This document shows, one piece after another, positions 48,434 through 59,033 of a DNA stretch of 64,000 nt (its first letter is position 1; each line of letters starts with the position of its first letter). A model generated the notes under the pieces. It had not been told where the DNA came from, did no database searches, and saw nothing but the letters and a program-made list of their open reading frames with translations. The position numbers were made by a program, and so were the translations under genes. This stretch comes from an uncultured Desulfobacter sp. (GTDB lineage: Bacteria > Desulfobacterota > Desulfobacteria > Desulfobacterales > Desulfobacteraceae). The stretch lies in assembly GCA_963665095.1 (NCBI GenBank), contig OY762069.1:5376001-5440000 (forward strand), in the 5' to 3' direction.

Positions 48434-49357
48434 TTATGATTTGTCCGGAATATCCCAGCCCTCCGGGTTGTCATGAACTTTCCAGCGCTTATGAAACCAC
48501 CACCACTGATTTGGTGTCTCACGAATCCACGCCTCGGCGATCCTGTTGAGCCTTTCGGTATTGTGACGGATATTCTGGTCCCGATCCCGGGAAGGCGTTT
48601 CAAGAATAAATTCAGGAAACAGCCTGACCCGATGATGTCCGGTTTTTTCTGTGCGCTGAATAACACCCGGGATAATCGGAGCACCGGTTTCAAAAGCGAA
48701 ACGCGCCGGTGCCGGGGTCGTGGAGGCCCAGTTCCCGAAAAAGTCACAGACAATGGACCGGTATCGGCCAAGATGCTGGTCAATAACAATTGTTACGATT
48801 TTATTTTCGGACAGCAGCTCTTTGATATAATCTTTGGAGCCTTTTCGTGACACAATAATCACACCGGTATTCTGCCGGACAGAGGAGATGAAATCTTCGG
48901 CGGTTTTTCCCATTTTCCGGACTATGACGGATATGGGTGCGCCCCGCATGGCCATGGAACATCCGCCCAGATCAACATTATCAATATGGGTGGCAACAAG
49001 AATAACCCCTTTGCCTTTTGCCAGGGCCTTTTCCAAATTTTCCCAGCCGTCAATCCGGACCAGCTTTTTATTTTCTTCCAGGCTCATATGGGGAATCCGC
49101 ATCAACTCTATGAGATACATGCAGAAATTTGAAAATAGTTCTCTGATGGCCCGCTTCTGCTCTGCCAGGGAGAGTTCATCCCCAAGTGCCCGGTTGATAT
49201 TCTGCAAAGCCAGTTTCCGTCTTACCGGTATGCAGTAATACCAGATAAGTCCGAAGATCCGACCCAGATTTAGGGCCCAGGTCAGCGGAAGAAACGATAC
49301 CATTCGGCTGAATACGTATAACATGAAAAACCATCCTGATTGTGTTAGTCTGGCCAA
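48434..49357 (-). CDS. Lipid A late acyltransferase (LpxL/HtrB family)
   Basis: N-terminal anchor, KGVILVATHIDNVD (HxxxxD), VIDQ, FFG, QWWWFHKRWK; alternative start ATG 49324. Confidence 0.85.
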   Translation of the reverse strand: MARLTQSGWFFMLYVFSRMVSFLPLTWALNLGRIFGLIWYYCIPVRRKLALQNINRALGDELSLAEQKRAIRELFSNFCMYLIELMRIPHMSLEENKKLVRIDGWENLEKALAKGKGVILVATHIDNVDLGGCSMAMRGAPISVIVRKMGKTAEDFISSVRQNTGVIIVSRKGSKDYIKELLSENKIVTIVIDQHLGRYRSIVCDFFGNWASTTPAPARFAFETGAPIIPGVIQRTEKTGHHRVRLFPEFILETPSRDRDQNIRHNTERLNRIAEAWIRETPNQWWWFHKRWKVHDNPEGWDIPDKS

Positions 49358-49605
49358 AAACCTTATCGTACAGGGATTTGCATGAATTGAAACTGTCTTT
49401 TATTACAGCCCGGCAAGTATAGGCTTAAAAGGGAGCGTTTTGCAAGGGAATCGGTAACAATTTGTTGGCGTGATCCTTTATCGGGTGCCTTGGCTATTGA
49501 TAGTTAAAATTTAAAAAATAATTATGACAGTTATCTGATCTTGGTGTCTATAAATGCGGACGCCATAATGGCCTTGGGAGCTGCATTACCATGCACAGGC
49601 AGGAA

Positions 49606-50388
49606 TCAGGTGGTGATGATCCTGTGGGGATGGGTAAATATGGCAAAGTTGCCGGGTCTGACAAATCCTGCCACAGTGATGCCTGACTCTTCGGCCAGAA
49701 GAATTGTTTTCTGGGTGGGTGCCCCCCGGGAAGCAAGAACCGGGATACCCATCCGGGCTGCCTTGTAAAGAATTTCCGATGAAATTCTGCCGGTTCCCAG
49801 GAGCACCAGATTGTCCGGCTGGATCTCTTTCATGATCAAGGTGCCGATTACCTTGTCCACGGCATTGTGGCGGCCGACATCATCAATGTGGAATTTCGGA
49901 ATGGCATTCGCTGCACTGACGGCGGCTGAATGTACCCCGCCGGTTTGCTGATGCAGATCTGAGCATTTAATCAGCCAGTCCATGGCATTGATCAGCTCCG
50001 GGGCACTGACCCCTGCATGGCATGCCGGCCCGGGACTGGCTTCTTTCAAGGATTCCGGAAGATACATAACCCCTTTGCCGAATCCCGGGGTAAACACTGG
50101 CCGGCCAGGTGCCCGGCTACCTGAAAAATCAGGCACCGTGACATCCACGACCCACTGCGCTTCATCCAGGTGCCAGGATGCGATATCCCGGGCATTCCGG
50201 ATGATGCCGGAGGTAAACAAAAAGCCGTACGTAAAGGCCTTAAGGTGGGAAGGGGTACACATCAGGGCCGCAATTTCATGGCCGTTTACCACAAAAGTCA
50301 GGGTTATTTCCACAGCCACCGGATTCTGTTCCCGGACAAGCTTGCCGTCCCTGTACCGGGTGATGGGGGTAGTAATTTGTTCTTTCAT
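49606..50388 (-). CDS. fdhD: Formate dehydrogenase accessory sulfurtransferase
   Basis: LMCTP, GFLFTSG, TGGVHSAA, DDVGRHNAVDKVIG, TGRISSE. Confidence 0.88.
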   Translation of the reverse strand: MKEQITTPITRYRDGKLVREQNPVAVEITLTFVVNGHEIAALMCTPSHLKAFTYGFLFTSGIIRNARDIASWHLDEAQWVVDVTVPDFSGSRAPGRPVFTPGFGKGVMYLPESLKEASPGPACHAGVSAPELINAMDWLIKCSDLHQQTGGVHSAAVSAANAIPKFHIDDVGRHNAVDKVIGTLIMKEIQPDNLVLLGTGRISSEILYKAARMGIPVLASRGAPTQKTILLAEESGITVAGFVRPGNFAIFTHPHRIITT

Positions 50389-50458
50389 GGCGTTTGGTTC
50401 CCCTTTGTTATTTGCCTGGATTGTTAAAATAGCATCTCTATGGCAAATTCAGCAATTC

Positions 50459-52840
50459 CTAATATGGCGGCGCTATGACATGAAAACAGACCTGGTCAAA
50501 ACTGCCGGATTCATCCACCACAGCCAGGCAGTATTTCCCAGGCACCGGCATGGGGATGGATAACAGAGGTTGACCTGAGGCGGTGATCAGGGGACGCTGG
50601 TTGAGAAACCACTGGCGGGCCCCCCGTCCCCCAAGAGCCCTTAAGGGAATGGAAGCGGTAGACGCCTTTCCGGGCTGGCAGGCCAGGGTGCTGCTGTCTG
50701 ATACAGAGACAATGCACAGGCCTGGCAGGGTGATGGGCGCAAGGTCCGGGCACTGGGTCGAGTCTGCCGGCAGTATAGCCCTGCGCCGCCACTGGACCGG
50801 GATAAAGGGCTCTGCCTGCCAGGGCCAGAGCGCCACGCTCTCTTTTGTAATCCCGCCGCAGGCAGGGGTGGCGCGGTTCCCCTGACTGTCCACCCAGAAG
50901 GTTCGGACCAGGGGGGCGGCAAGTCCGGTTTCGCCGGTCATGGTCAAAGGAATTTGGCCGTCAAGGAGCCAGGCCTGGTGCTTTTGGGCACAGGCTCCCC
51001 TGGCCTTACCTCTGATCCGGTGAGCAGAAAATCCGCTGGGCCAGCAGACAGTTGCCCGGGTTACACTGGCCGGGGGCTTCCGGGCACCTGCCGGGTGTTT
51101 CAGGTTTTCCATGACCCGGGCCATGAGGGGCAGGGCTGTGATGGCACCATACTGCCCCGGGGAAGGGGAGCCGTCCGGCCGGCCGATCCACACCCCCACG
51201 GTGTAATCCCCTTTCAGTCCCATGGCCCAGGCATCCCGAAATCCGTAACTGGTGCCTGTTTTCCAGGCCGTGGCCCGGGCGCCGGATAGCCTTGTCACCC
51301 CTTCCCGGCCCGGCAGGGGCCGGGACAGAATCTCCCGGATGATAAACGCCGCACCCGGGCTCATGAGATACCGCTCCTGCAATGGCTCATTCGCACTGAG
51401 CCGGGGTTTGCCGGCAATGCCGTTCCGCCCCAGGGCCGTGTAGAGGGTGACCAGGGATTCCAGTGACGTGCTTACCCCGCCCAGCGCCATGGAGAGATTG
51501 GGTTTGCCCTGGAATTCAAACCAGGCCCCGGCATGGCAGAGTTTATCGTGGAATCTGGCCGGGCCGTATGCCTCAAGCACCTGAACCGCCGGCAGGTTCA
51601 GCGAGTCCTGCAGCGCCCTTGCCACCGTGACGGGGCCTGAAAATCCATGGGTAAAATTACCGGGGTCATACACCTCTTTATACCGCGGTACATCCAGCAG
51701 CATGGCGTGGGAGTGGATCAATCCCTGATCCATGGCCAGCCCGTATATAAAGGGTTTCAGGGAGGAGCCCGGAGAGCGAAGGGCCTGGATCATGTCCACA
51801 TGTCCCTTGCGAATGGGGTCAAAGAAATCAGCAGATCCGGCATAGGCTTCGATTTCCAGGGTGTGGTGGTTTACCACCAGCACCGCCCCGGACTGCCTGG
51901 GCGGAAGTTGGGCCATAAATGTCCCTAACAGCTCTTCGATGCGCATCTGAAGTGTTTCATCAAGAAAAGAGGCGATCACAGCTGTTTCAGGATAAGTGGA
52001 TTTCAGCCGGCGGGCAGCCAGGGGTGCGGTCATGGCTGTTGGAAACCTGAAATCCAGCACCGGCTCCTGCCTGGCAGCCCTGACCTGATCCGCCGGCCAG
52101 ATGCCGAATGTCACCATGCGGTCCAGCACCTTGTCCCTGGCCTGCATGGCCCTTTGGGGATGCCGGTCCGGCCGAAACCTGGACGGGGCCTGGGGCAGCA
52201 CTGCCATAAGCGACGCTTCTGCCATGGTCAACTCACTGGCATCCTTGCCAAGCCAGGTATAGCAGGCGGCCCTGATGCCTTCGATATTGGCTCCGAAAGG
52301 GGCATGGGTCAGATAAAACCCCAGAATTTCGTCCTTGGTATAATGGCGTTCCAGCTGGAGGGCCCTGAACATCTGGCGGCATTTTACCGCGAGCCGCCTT
52401 GTAAATCCTGAAGAGGCACCCGCCTCTCCGGTCGCCTGCACATCCAGTATCCGGGCCGTCTGCATGGTCAGGGTGGAGCCCCCGGATACCACCCGGCCCC
52501 GGGCCAGGTTTTGACAAAAGGCCCGTCCCAGGGCAAAGGGGTTGATACCGGGGTGATGGTAAAACCAACAGTCCTCATAGGCCAGAAGGGCCTGGAGATA
52601 GAGCGGCGATACCTGATCCGGCATGGCCGGATAGCGCCATACCCCGCCGGGGTCGGCAAAGGCCCTCAACGGTACCTGGTGGCGGTCCACAACCACACAT
52701 GCCACGGGCCGGCCGGTGGGTGTGAAAGGAAAAAGACAGTCCAGTACAAAAAAGCAGACAAGATTTGCCAGCAGAAAGAGAAACAGAACCCGGCACATCC
52801 ATGACACCGTCCTGTTCACTCTCCTTCCAGTTTCAGGCAT
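50459..52840 (-). CDS. pbpC: Penicillin-binding protein 1C
   Basis: Transglycosylase YED..F..HPG, SGGSTLTMQ; transpeptidase SPGSSLKPF, SLN, KTGTSYG.RDAW; start uncertain. Confidence 0.9.
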   Translation of the reverse strand: MPETGRRVNRTVSWMCRVLFLFLLANLVCFFVLDCLFPFTPTGRPVACVVVDRHQVPLRAFADPGGVWRYPAMPDQVSPLYLQALLAYEDCWFYHHPGINPFALGRAFCQNLARGRVVSGGSTLTMQTARILDVQATGEAGASSGFTRRLAVKCRQMFRALQLERHYTKDEILGFYLTHAPFGANIEGIRAACYTWLGKDASELTMAEASLMAVLPQAPSRFRPDRHPQRAMQARDKVLDRMVTFGIWPADQVRAARQEPVLDFRFPTAMTAPLAARRLKSTYPETAVIASFLDETLQMRIEELLGTFMAQLPPRQSGAVLVVNHHTLEIEAYAGSADFFDPIRKGHVDMIQALRSPGSSLKPFIYGLAMDQGLIHSHAMLLDVPRYKEVYDPGNFTHGFSGPVTVARALQDSLNLPAVQVLEAYGPARFHDKLCHAGAWFEFQGKPNLSMALGGVSTSLESLVTLYTALGRNGIAGKPRLSANEPLQERYLMSPGAAFIIREILSRPLPGREGVTRLSGARATAWKTGTSYGFRDAWAMGLKGDYTVGVWIGRPDGSPSPGQYGAITALPLMARVMENLKHPAGARKPPASVTRATVCWPSGFSAHRIRGKARGACAQKHQAWLLDGQIPLTMTGETGLAAPLVRTFWVDSQGNRATPACGGITKESVALWPWQAEPFIPVQWRRRAILPADSTQCPDLAPITLPGLCIVSVSDSSTLACQPGKASTASIPLRALGGRGARQWFLNQRPLITASGQPLLSIPMPVPGKYCLAVVDESGSFDQVCFHVIAPPY

Positions 52841-53108
52841 TGGCCAGAACGATCTCAAATCCCGGGAATTCCGCCTGGAACGCTTTTTTCAGCTGGGCTT
52901 CAACATCGCCCAGAACAGCCAGGTTCATCACAGCGCAACAGGCTTTGGGCGTGGTCAGACACTTCAGAAAAAGGGTCAGTGTCTGTTTCTCTTTGTTAAT
53001 CCTGACCCGGGTGACCAGTCCGAGCTGGGCAATGGTCAGCCCGGACCCGGTCTCTTTGACCCGGTCCAGGATCTGATCAATTTTCTCCTGAATGGTACTG
53101 TCTGCCAT
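52833..53108 (-). CDS. Small DUF59/MIP18-like (Fe-S assembly associated) protein
   Basis: LDRVKETGSGLTIAQLGLV (cf. VxDPE..I.DLGLV), LTTPKACC. Confidence 0.55.
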   Translation of the reverse strand: MADSTIQEKIDQILDRVKETGSGLTIAQLGLVTRVRINKEKQTLTLFLKCLTTPKACCAVMNLAVLGDVEAQLKKAFQAEFPGFEIVLANA

Positions 53109-53187
53109 TATATCACCTTTAAAAAAATCTTATTTCCGGACAGATCATAAATAATGCGTCTGCTGCTCTCCGGCAACCGGCCTTTTT

Positions 53188-56100
53188 CTATGGGGCCTTG
53201 GTCGTTCCGGGTGACACCACCCGGGTATTGGTAATGGTTTTACCCACGCCCCGGATATAGGGCTGGTACATATCTTCCACCATGGGCGGCGGCACCTTGA
53301 ACAGGCCCGGACTGACCGCCCGCACCGCATAAAAGATTCGCCAGGCCGTGTATCTTTCCAGATTCAGGGCCGCAATAAACCGGTCGTCCCGGTACTCTGT
53401 ATGGGCTGTGGTATATCTTTGGTGCCACTGGGCGATGGTTTTATTTTCCACCCTGATGTCGTCGATGAGAAAGGCACCAGACACATTGGGATCTTCCAGT
53501 TCAAATCCGGCCGGCAGCATATCCACCACCAGGGCATGGGGCATCACCCGTTCCGGTTTGATTTTTATTTCCACAATTATGCGATCCCCGGAGGTGACCC
53601 TGGAGATATCCACAGGCTCTCCTCTGGTGTTCAGAAAGCGCCGGGAAATTTCCACATGGCTGTCCCGGGGTGCCGGCAGGGTATTGGGATATCCGGTGAG
53701 CACCAGATCCATATAAAGGTCGGACGCCCCTGTATTTGCGATTTTAAACCCTTTAGCCGAGGTTCCCCCGGTAAAGATGAGCCGCCCTGGCCCCTTTTGT
53801 CCATGGGCGCCGGTCTCTTTCCCCACGGTCACGTCCGCAGACCAGGCCCCGGCCGGATGGGCCAGTTTGGCTGCCCCGGCCATCACCAGGCTGTTGCGCT
53901 CCTGGGTGGAGAGCCACTGCCTGTCAGCCAGGGCCGCTGCCAGATCATGCAGGAATACAGCCCGGTACCTGTAATCGGGAAACCAGGTGGTGACATAGTA
54001 AAAGGCGGCAGCCAGGTCACGGACATTGGAGCCGTAATCTCCTGGATACAGGTGTTCATCCCGCCGGATTTTAAGTGCCCTGTCAAAGAGCTTGAACGCG
54101 CCGGTCTGGTCTCCGGCAAGTCCTAGGGCTGCGCCGGCATGTACCAGGCTTAAGGGGGTGGGATCATTTTTTTCCGTATAGGATGCCACGCTTCTGGCCT
54201 CTGTCAGTCCAAGGCTTCCCCCCCGTGCAAGGACAAAGGCGGCGTAGGCTCTTGCGGCCGGTCTCAGGGCGCTGCTGTCGGAATACCCCGGGCATGGAAT
54301 GACCTTGGGCCTGCGGACATAAGCTGCCAGCCGTTTGATGGCATTTTGGGCCGCACTGACAGGGATGTTATACCCGGCATCCAGCGCTTCACACATGAAA
54401 TGGGCCGCGTAGGCGGTGAGCCAGGGGCTTTCAGGGCTATGGGCACTCCACAGGCCGAAACCGCCCGAGCTTTTCTGTTTTTCGAGCAGGCGCTGGATGC
54501 CGGAACGAATCCTGTCACGGATCTCCTCCGGCGTACCTGTGACAATGCCCAGCCGGACAAATTCATCATAGGAGAGCAGCACATGGGGAAACATGCCGGA
54601 TACTGTCTGCTCAAGGCAGCCGTATGGGTATGCCAGCAGTTCGCTGACATGCTGGGATAAATTTATTGGCGGTTCGGCATCCAGGCTTGCCAGCACTGTG
54701 GCTGTGGCCGGGACCAGGGCGTTAAGCGCCGCAGTGTCCATGGAAAAGGTCTGGCCTGGCTTAAGAAACTTCTGCCATGTCCGGGTCTGGGGCGGATAGG
54801 GAGACCTGGTTTCCAGAAACCAGGATTTGGTGATTTCCGGGGAAATGCCCTGGCCCTGGATCCCTGAAATCCGGCAGGTGATGTATGACCGGCCGGTTAA
54901 TGTGCCCGCCTGGACCGGCAGCTTTATACCGGTGTGCTGGGACGCGGCAAGGGTGATGACTTGACGGGTTTCACCTGTAAAGGAGATGGGCCCTGATATT
55001 TCTGCATCCAGCGTCAGAGTCTGGGATATATCTGTCAGATTGTTGATATCGAGCATGATATTGGCCTGGTCTCCGCAGGCCAGAAATCTGGGCATGGTGA
55101 CCTGAACCACAACAGGAGATGCCAGAATCATTTCCCTGTGGCCGGATCCGAAATCCCTGTCCGTATGGGCGATGGCCATCAGGCGCACCCGTCCGTCAAA
55201 ATCAGGCAGATCCAGATGAAACATCGCCTTACCCTGATCATCCGCATCCACAACCATTTTGTGGATGGCCAGGATCTGCACATCGGTGGATGGCCTGTCT
55301 CCGCCCCGGGTCAGCGTGGCAGCCCCGCCGCCAAATCGCATTTTAGCGTATTCCCCGTCTGCTGCTTCAATCAGTCTCTGGTAAATGTCCTGAAGCCGGG
55401 GGCTGTATTTTCTGGCCTGGAAGAAATAGCCAAAGGGGTCCGGGGTTGGAAATCCTGTGAGGTTTAATATGCCCACATCCACGGCAGCCAGGGTCACCAT
55501 GGCGTTTTGGGCGGGGGTCCCGTCTGCCCGGGTCAGGTCTATGGTGACATCCACGGTGCGGTTGGGTTCTGTTTTATCAGGGGCATGGATCTGGACCCCC
55601 AGGCGCCGGTCCGTACGGTCCAGGGGCAGATGAATGAGCCCCACGGACCGTTTGGGCAGCCGGGCGGCTTTACTCTCTTTGGGCCGTATGACCAGGGCCG
55701 AGACATAAATATCGTGCCGGGTCCAGTCCGGGTCAATGGCGATGGAGAAGGTTTTTCCTTCCGCTGGTACGGTGACGGGCAGTGTCAGAAGGTTGTCTGC
55801 CGCATCCACAAATAAAAAACCTTTCCCCCCCTGGGGGGCTTTGACCGTGACCTGTGCCGTATCCCCGGCCCGGTAGCCGGGTTTATCCAGGCTTAAGTCC
55901 ACCCGGTCCGGACGGTTCATGTCTTCCTGTACCATGCCCCGGGGCCGCCAGCCCGCCCAGATGCTGCGGGCGGACGTGAGCCCGGTATCGGGGTTGAAAA
56001 TTTCCAGGCGGTATCCTCCCCATTCCACAGGGATGGTGACCGTTGCCCGGCCCTGGTCGTCCAGTGCCAGATCAAACCGGTCAATGGGATAGAACTGGCT

Positions 56101-58035
56101 GTTGGCGCCCCAGTGCCACTCCCCGTTTTTATATTCCCAGTAGTACTCCCGATGTTCGCGGATCACCGTTGCTTTCAGACCCTTTGCCGCTTTCAGGTTG
56201 CCCCGGCTGTCGGTGAGAATAACTTCAAACTGTGCATCTGCCTTGCCAGGTACCTGGTCCGGCTCATCTTGGGTTCCGGACAGGTTGCGTATCCCCACCA
56301 GGGTCCGGCCCGGCCAGACCTGCCAGGAATTGCTTCTGACAACCGGCCGTTCCCCGGAATCATAGAGACTGACAATGGCGGTGATCCAGTGTGGTGAGGT
56401 GACCTTTTCCCACTGGTTGTCCACCTCGATCACGCCTTTTCCCGTATCATCCAGGCGGATGTCATCTGTTGTGATGGTGGTATTGACAAGCCCGGTAATT
56501 CCGCCGAACTCAAATCCCGGCCATTTATCCTTGAACAGCTCTCTGGCCGGTTTGATATGGACAATGGCATTGGCCCGGCTCCCGCTGGCAGGTGCCCCGT
56601 AGAGAAAATCCCCCTGGATGGAGATGGTCAGATCGTCATTCGGGGAAAGAACTGGCGGCTGCGTCTCATCAAAGGCAAGTTTCATACGTTCGGGCAGGAA
56701 CTCGGACACCAGAAAGGAATAGTTGTCAAATTCCGTGTTGCCATGGGTGAGACCGACCTCCCACTGGCCGGTGAGTGCGTTGCCCGGCAGTTGAAAACTG
56801 GTGCTGAAGTGACCGCCTTTGCCGGGCTTCCAGGAAAATTCCCGGATAATCCGGCCGTCGGGCTGACGCACTTTTGCTGTGATGGTCATGCCAGGCAGCT
56901 TCTCCGCGTCCTGATTTCTGAGAATGCCGTCCATGATAACAGTTTCCCCGGGGCGATAAATATCCCTGGGGCCGTACACAAAAAGTTCTGCGGGCCGGAA
57001 CAGGGCCGAGCCTGTTGTAAATTCCGACAGGTCAAGCCCGGGAGTGTCCATGGCCATCAGGCTGATATGGTCTTTTTTTGTGACCGAGACCAGATTCAGG
57101 CCTTCAAAGGCTCCTTTGGCTATGGATACGCCGGCCTTGTCTGACAACAGATCAAACAACAGTTTTCCGTTTTCGCCAAAGCCTTTGATCTGAGCTTTTT
57201 TCACAGGTTCAGCCGTTGCAAGGCTCTGGATAAAAAAGCGGATGGATTTTTCATACACTCTGGCATGAACCCCCAGATCGGAAATGGTGAACCAGGTCAT
57301 GCGGTATCCATATTCATACTGACCTGCCCCCCGGAGCACGGCAATGTAAATACCAGGTTTTTTTAACTCATTGATATGGGTGATGGGAATGTTGACCTGG
57401 GTGCGCAGATCTTTTTGAATATTGAGATCCCACCTGCCGGAATAGACAAGGTCCGCTGTTTTTGTCAGTTCATCTGTATGGTAATATCTCAGAAAGCTTT
57501 CAGACCAGAATTCCTCTTTAAAATTATTGATTTTATCCGGTTTGACCCTGAAAAAGTCAATGTCTGCCTGCTTGATATTCAGGCTGTCCACAGGCAGCCC
57601 TTTTACCAGATCCGCTGCCAGGACAAACCCTCTGGAGCCAAAGGAGATCATGGGTTTTGCCGACCGGGTGGTAATCTCGTACACGGTGTCATCTGCCAGG
57701 GGGGTGCCCGAGGCAGGGGAAAGCCCTTTTCTCACATGGATGGTGTAGGTGGTGTCCGGTTCAATCTGGGTGAAATAGACCGTCTTGGGATCTTTGGCCA
57801 GCATCCAGGCGCCGTCCACAGCCTTGTCCTCTTCTCTGGATAGACTAAAGTAGGGACTTAAATCCTGTTTTTCATCCAGGGGCAGGGAGAAGGTGACGGC
57901 CAGGGCGTTTTTCCCGTCCACGGTCTGCTGGCCTGCAAAGCTGGCTGTCAGTTCGTCGGCCAGGACGGTTTTTTGAAAAATAATAACAGACAGAAAAAAT
58001 AAAACCGGTAATATACACAGGCGAAAACGATTCAT
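53188..58035 (-). CDS. Bacterial alpha-2-macroglobulin (YfhM-like)
   Basis: Signal peptide; ISDLG, RDIYRPGE, EFLPER, AAVDVGIL, thioester motif YPYGCLEQ, DMLPAGFE, EYRDDR; upstream of pbpC. Confidence 0.92.
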   Translation of the reverse strand: MNRFRLCILPVLFFLSVIIFQKTVLADELTASFAGQQTVDGKNALAVTFSLPLDEKQDLSPYFSLSREEDKAVDGAWMLAKDPKTVYFTQIEPDTTYTIHVRKGLSPASGTPLADDTVYEITTRSAKPMISFGSRGFVLAADLVKGLPVDSLNIKQADIDFFRVKPDKINNFKEEFWSESFLRYYHTDELTKTADLVYSGRWDLNIQKDLRTQVNIPITHINELKKPGIYIAVLRGAGQYEYGYRMTWFTISDLGVHARVYEKSIRFFIQSLATAEPVKKAQIKGFGENGKLLFDLLSDKAGVSIAKGAFEGLNLVSVTKKDHISLMAMDTPGLDLSEFTTGSALFRPAELFVYGPRDIYRPGETVIMDGILRNQDAEKLPGMTITAKVRQPDGRIIREFSWKPGKGGHFSTSFQLPGNALTGQWEVGLTHGNTEFDNYSFLVSEFLPERMKLAFDETQPPVLSPNDDLTISIQGDFLYGAPASGSRANAIVHIKPARELFKDKWPGFEFGGITGLVNTTITTDDIRLDDTGKGVIEVDNQWEKVTSPHWITAIVSLYDSGERPVVRSNSWQVWPGRTLVGIRNLSGTQDEPDQVPGKADAQFEVILTDSRGNLKAAKGLKATVIREHREYYWEYKNGEWHWGANSQFYPIDRFDLALDDQGRATVTIPVEWGGYRLEIFNPDTGLTSARSIWAGWRPRGMVQEDMNRPDRVDLSLDKPGYRAGDTAQVTVKAPQGGKGFLFVDAADNLLTLPVTVPAEGKTFSIAIDPDWTRHDIYVSALVIRPKESKAARLPKRSVGLIHLPLDRTDRRLGVQIHAPDKTEPNRTVDVTIDLTRADGTPAQNAMVTLAAVDVGILNLTGFPTPDPFGYFFQARKYSPRLQDIYQRLIEAADGEYAKMRFGGGAATLTRGGDRPSTDVQILAIHKMVVDADDQGKAMFHLDLPDFDGRVRLMAIAHTDRDFGSGHREMILASPVVVQVTMPRFLACGDQANIMLDINNLTDISQTLTLDAEISGPISFTGETRQVITLAASQHTGIKLPVQAGTLTGRSYITCRISGIQGQGISPEITKSWFLETRSPYPPQTRTWQKFLKPGQTFSMDTAALNALVPATATVLASLDAEPPINLSQHVSELLAYPYGCLEQTVSGMFPHVLLSYDEFVRLGIVTGTPEEIRDRIRSGIQRLLEKQKSSGGFGLWSAHSPESPWLTAYAAHFMCEALDAGYNIPVSAAQNAIKRLAAYVRRPKVIPCPGYSDSSALRPAARAYAAFVLARGGSLGLTEARSVASYTEKNDPTPLSLVHAGAALGLAGDQTGAFKLFDRALKIRRDEHLYPGDYGSNVRDLAAAFYYVTTWFPDYRYRAVFLHDLAAALADRQWLSTQERNSLVMAGAAKLAHPAGAWSADVTVGKETGAHGQKGPGRLIFTGGTSAKGFKIANTGASDLYMDLVLTGYPNTLPAPRDSHVEISRRFLNTRGEPVDISRVTSGDRIIVEIKIKPERVMPHALVVDMLPAGFELEDPNVSGAFLIDDIRVENKTIAQWHQRYTTAHTEYRDDRFIAALNLERYTAWRIFYAVRAVSPGLFKVPPPMVEDMYQPYIRGVGKTITNTRVVSPGTTKAP

Positions 58036-58193
58036 GGCATTGTCCTTTTTGTGCCCCTCGCCGGTACATGTAACGGATCGTGTTTTCCGGCACAACAGAA
58101 ACTTAAAAAGGCCCGGGGCGGTATTTTAAGTCACGGATAAAAAAATTTTATCCCATTTTACCGTTGAGTGGGCCTGGAAGCAATACAGGTAAT

Positions 58194-59000
58194 TTAAAAT
58201 TTCAATCTGTAAAAGTGCATGATCATTTTTTCAAACCAGCGGCCGGGCATGATCTTTTTTATTTCAGGGGAGAGCTTTTCCATGGGTGATCCGATTTTGT
58301 ACCTGAGTCTTGGGTGTCTGGCCTCAATAATTGAATGGATCAAAGGACCCATTTTTTCAGGGGAGGGCGCCTCTTCCACCTGGATTGTGGCCAGTTGTCC
58401 CAGTACGGTGCAAATGTCCTTGTACGGGGATTTGGGCGGCAGGCTGGCATCTGACCGGTTTCTTCCAATGTCTGTTGAAAAATCCCCGGGTTCAACCAGG
58501 CATACCCGGATGTTAAACGGCTTGACCTCCATGCTCAAGGCTTCTGTCAACCCTTCCACCGCGAATTTACTGGCGGAATAGACCCCCCTGAAGGGCAGCC
58601 CCAAAAGACCGCCAATGGAGCTGGTATTGATAATCAACCCCTCATTTTGTTTTCTCATCCAGGGCAGTACGGTTCTACAGAGGCGAAGGACACCGAAAAA
58701 ATTTGTTTCCATGATGTCCCTGATGATCTGTTCGGAGGTCTCTTCTATAGGCCCCACCGAGGAGATCCCGGCGTTGTTGATAAGCACATCAATGCGTCCG
58801 GACCGGGCAATGACTGTATCCACGGCCCGCTGAACCGATTCCTGGTCTCTGACATCCATGGGCAGAAGGGTGAAGGGACTGGTGTGATTCTTTTCCCCCC
58901 TTGACGTACCGTACACTGTGAATCCTTTGGAAGCCAGAAACAGGGCAATTGTTTTACCGAAACCCAAGGATGCCCCTGTGATCAAGACTATTTTGTTCAT
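58194..59000 (-). CDS. Classical short-chain dehydrogenase/reductase
   Basis: ITGASLGFG, DVLINNAG, TNFFG, YSASK. Confidence 0.9.
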   Translation of the reverse strand: MNKIVLITGASLGFGKTIALFLASKGFTVYGTSRGEKNHTSPFTLLPMDVRDQESVQRAVDTVIARSGRIDVLINNAGISSVGPIEETSEQIIRDIMETNFFGVLRLCRTVLPWMRKQNEGLIINTSSIGGLLGLPFRGVYSASKFAVEGLTEALSMEVKPFNIRVCLVEPGDFSTDIGRNRSDASLPPKSPYKDICTVLGQLATIQVEEAPSPEKMGPLIHSIIEARHPRLRYKIGSPMEKLSPEIKKIMPGRWFEKMIMHFYRLKF

Positions 59001-59033
59001 TATCAGTATCCTTTCAGTAGTGTATCCGTCTGC

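Noticed and set aside
49982..57843. Long + strand ORFs opposite fdhD, pbpC and the macroglobulin gene
   Set aside because: Antisense shadows typical of GC-rich coding DNA; no motifs or RBS.
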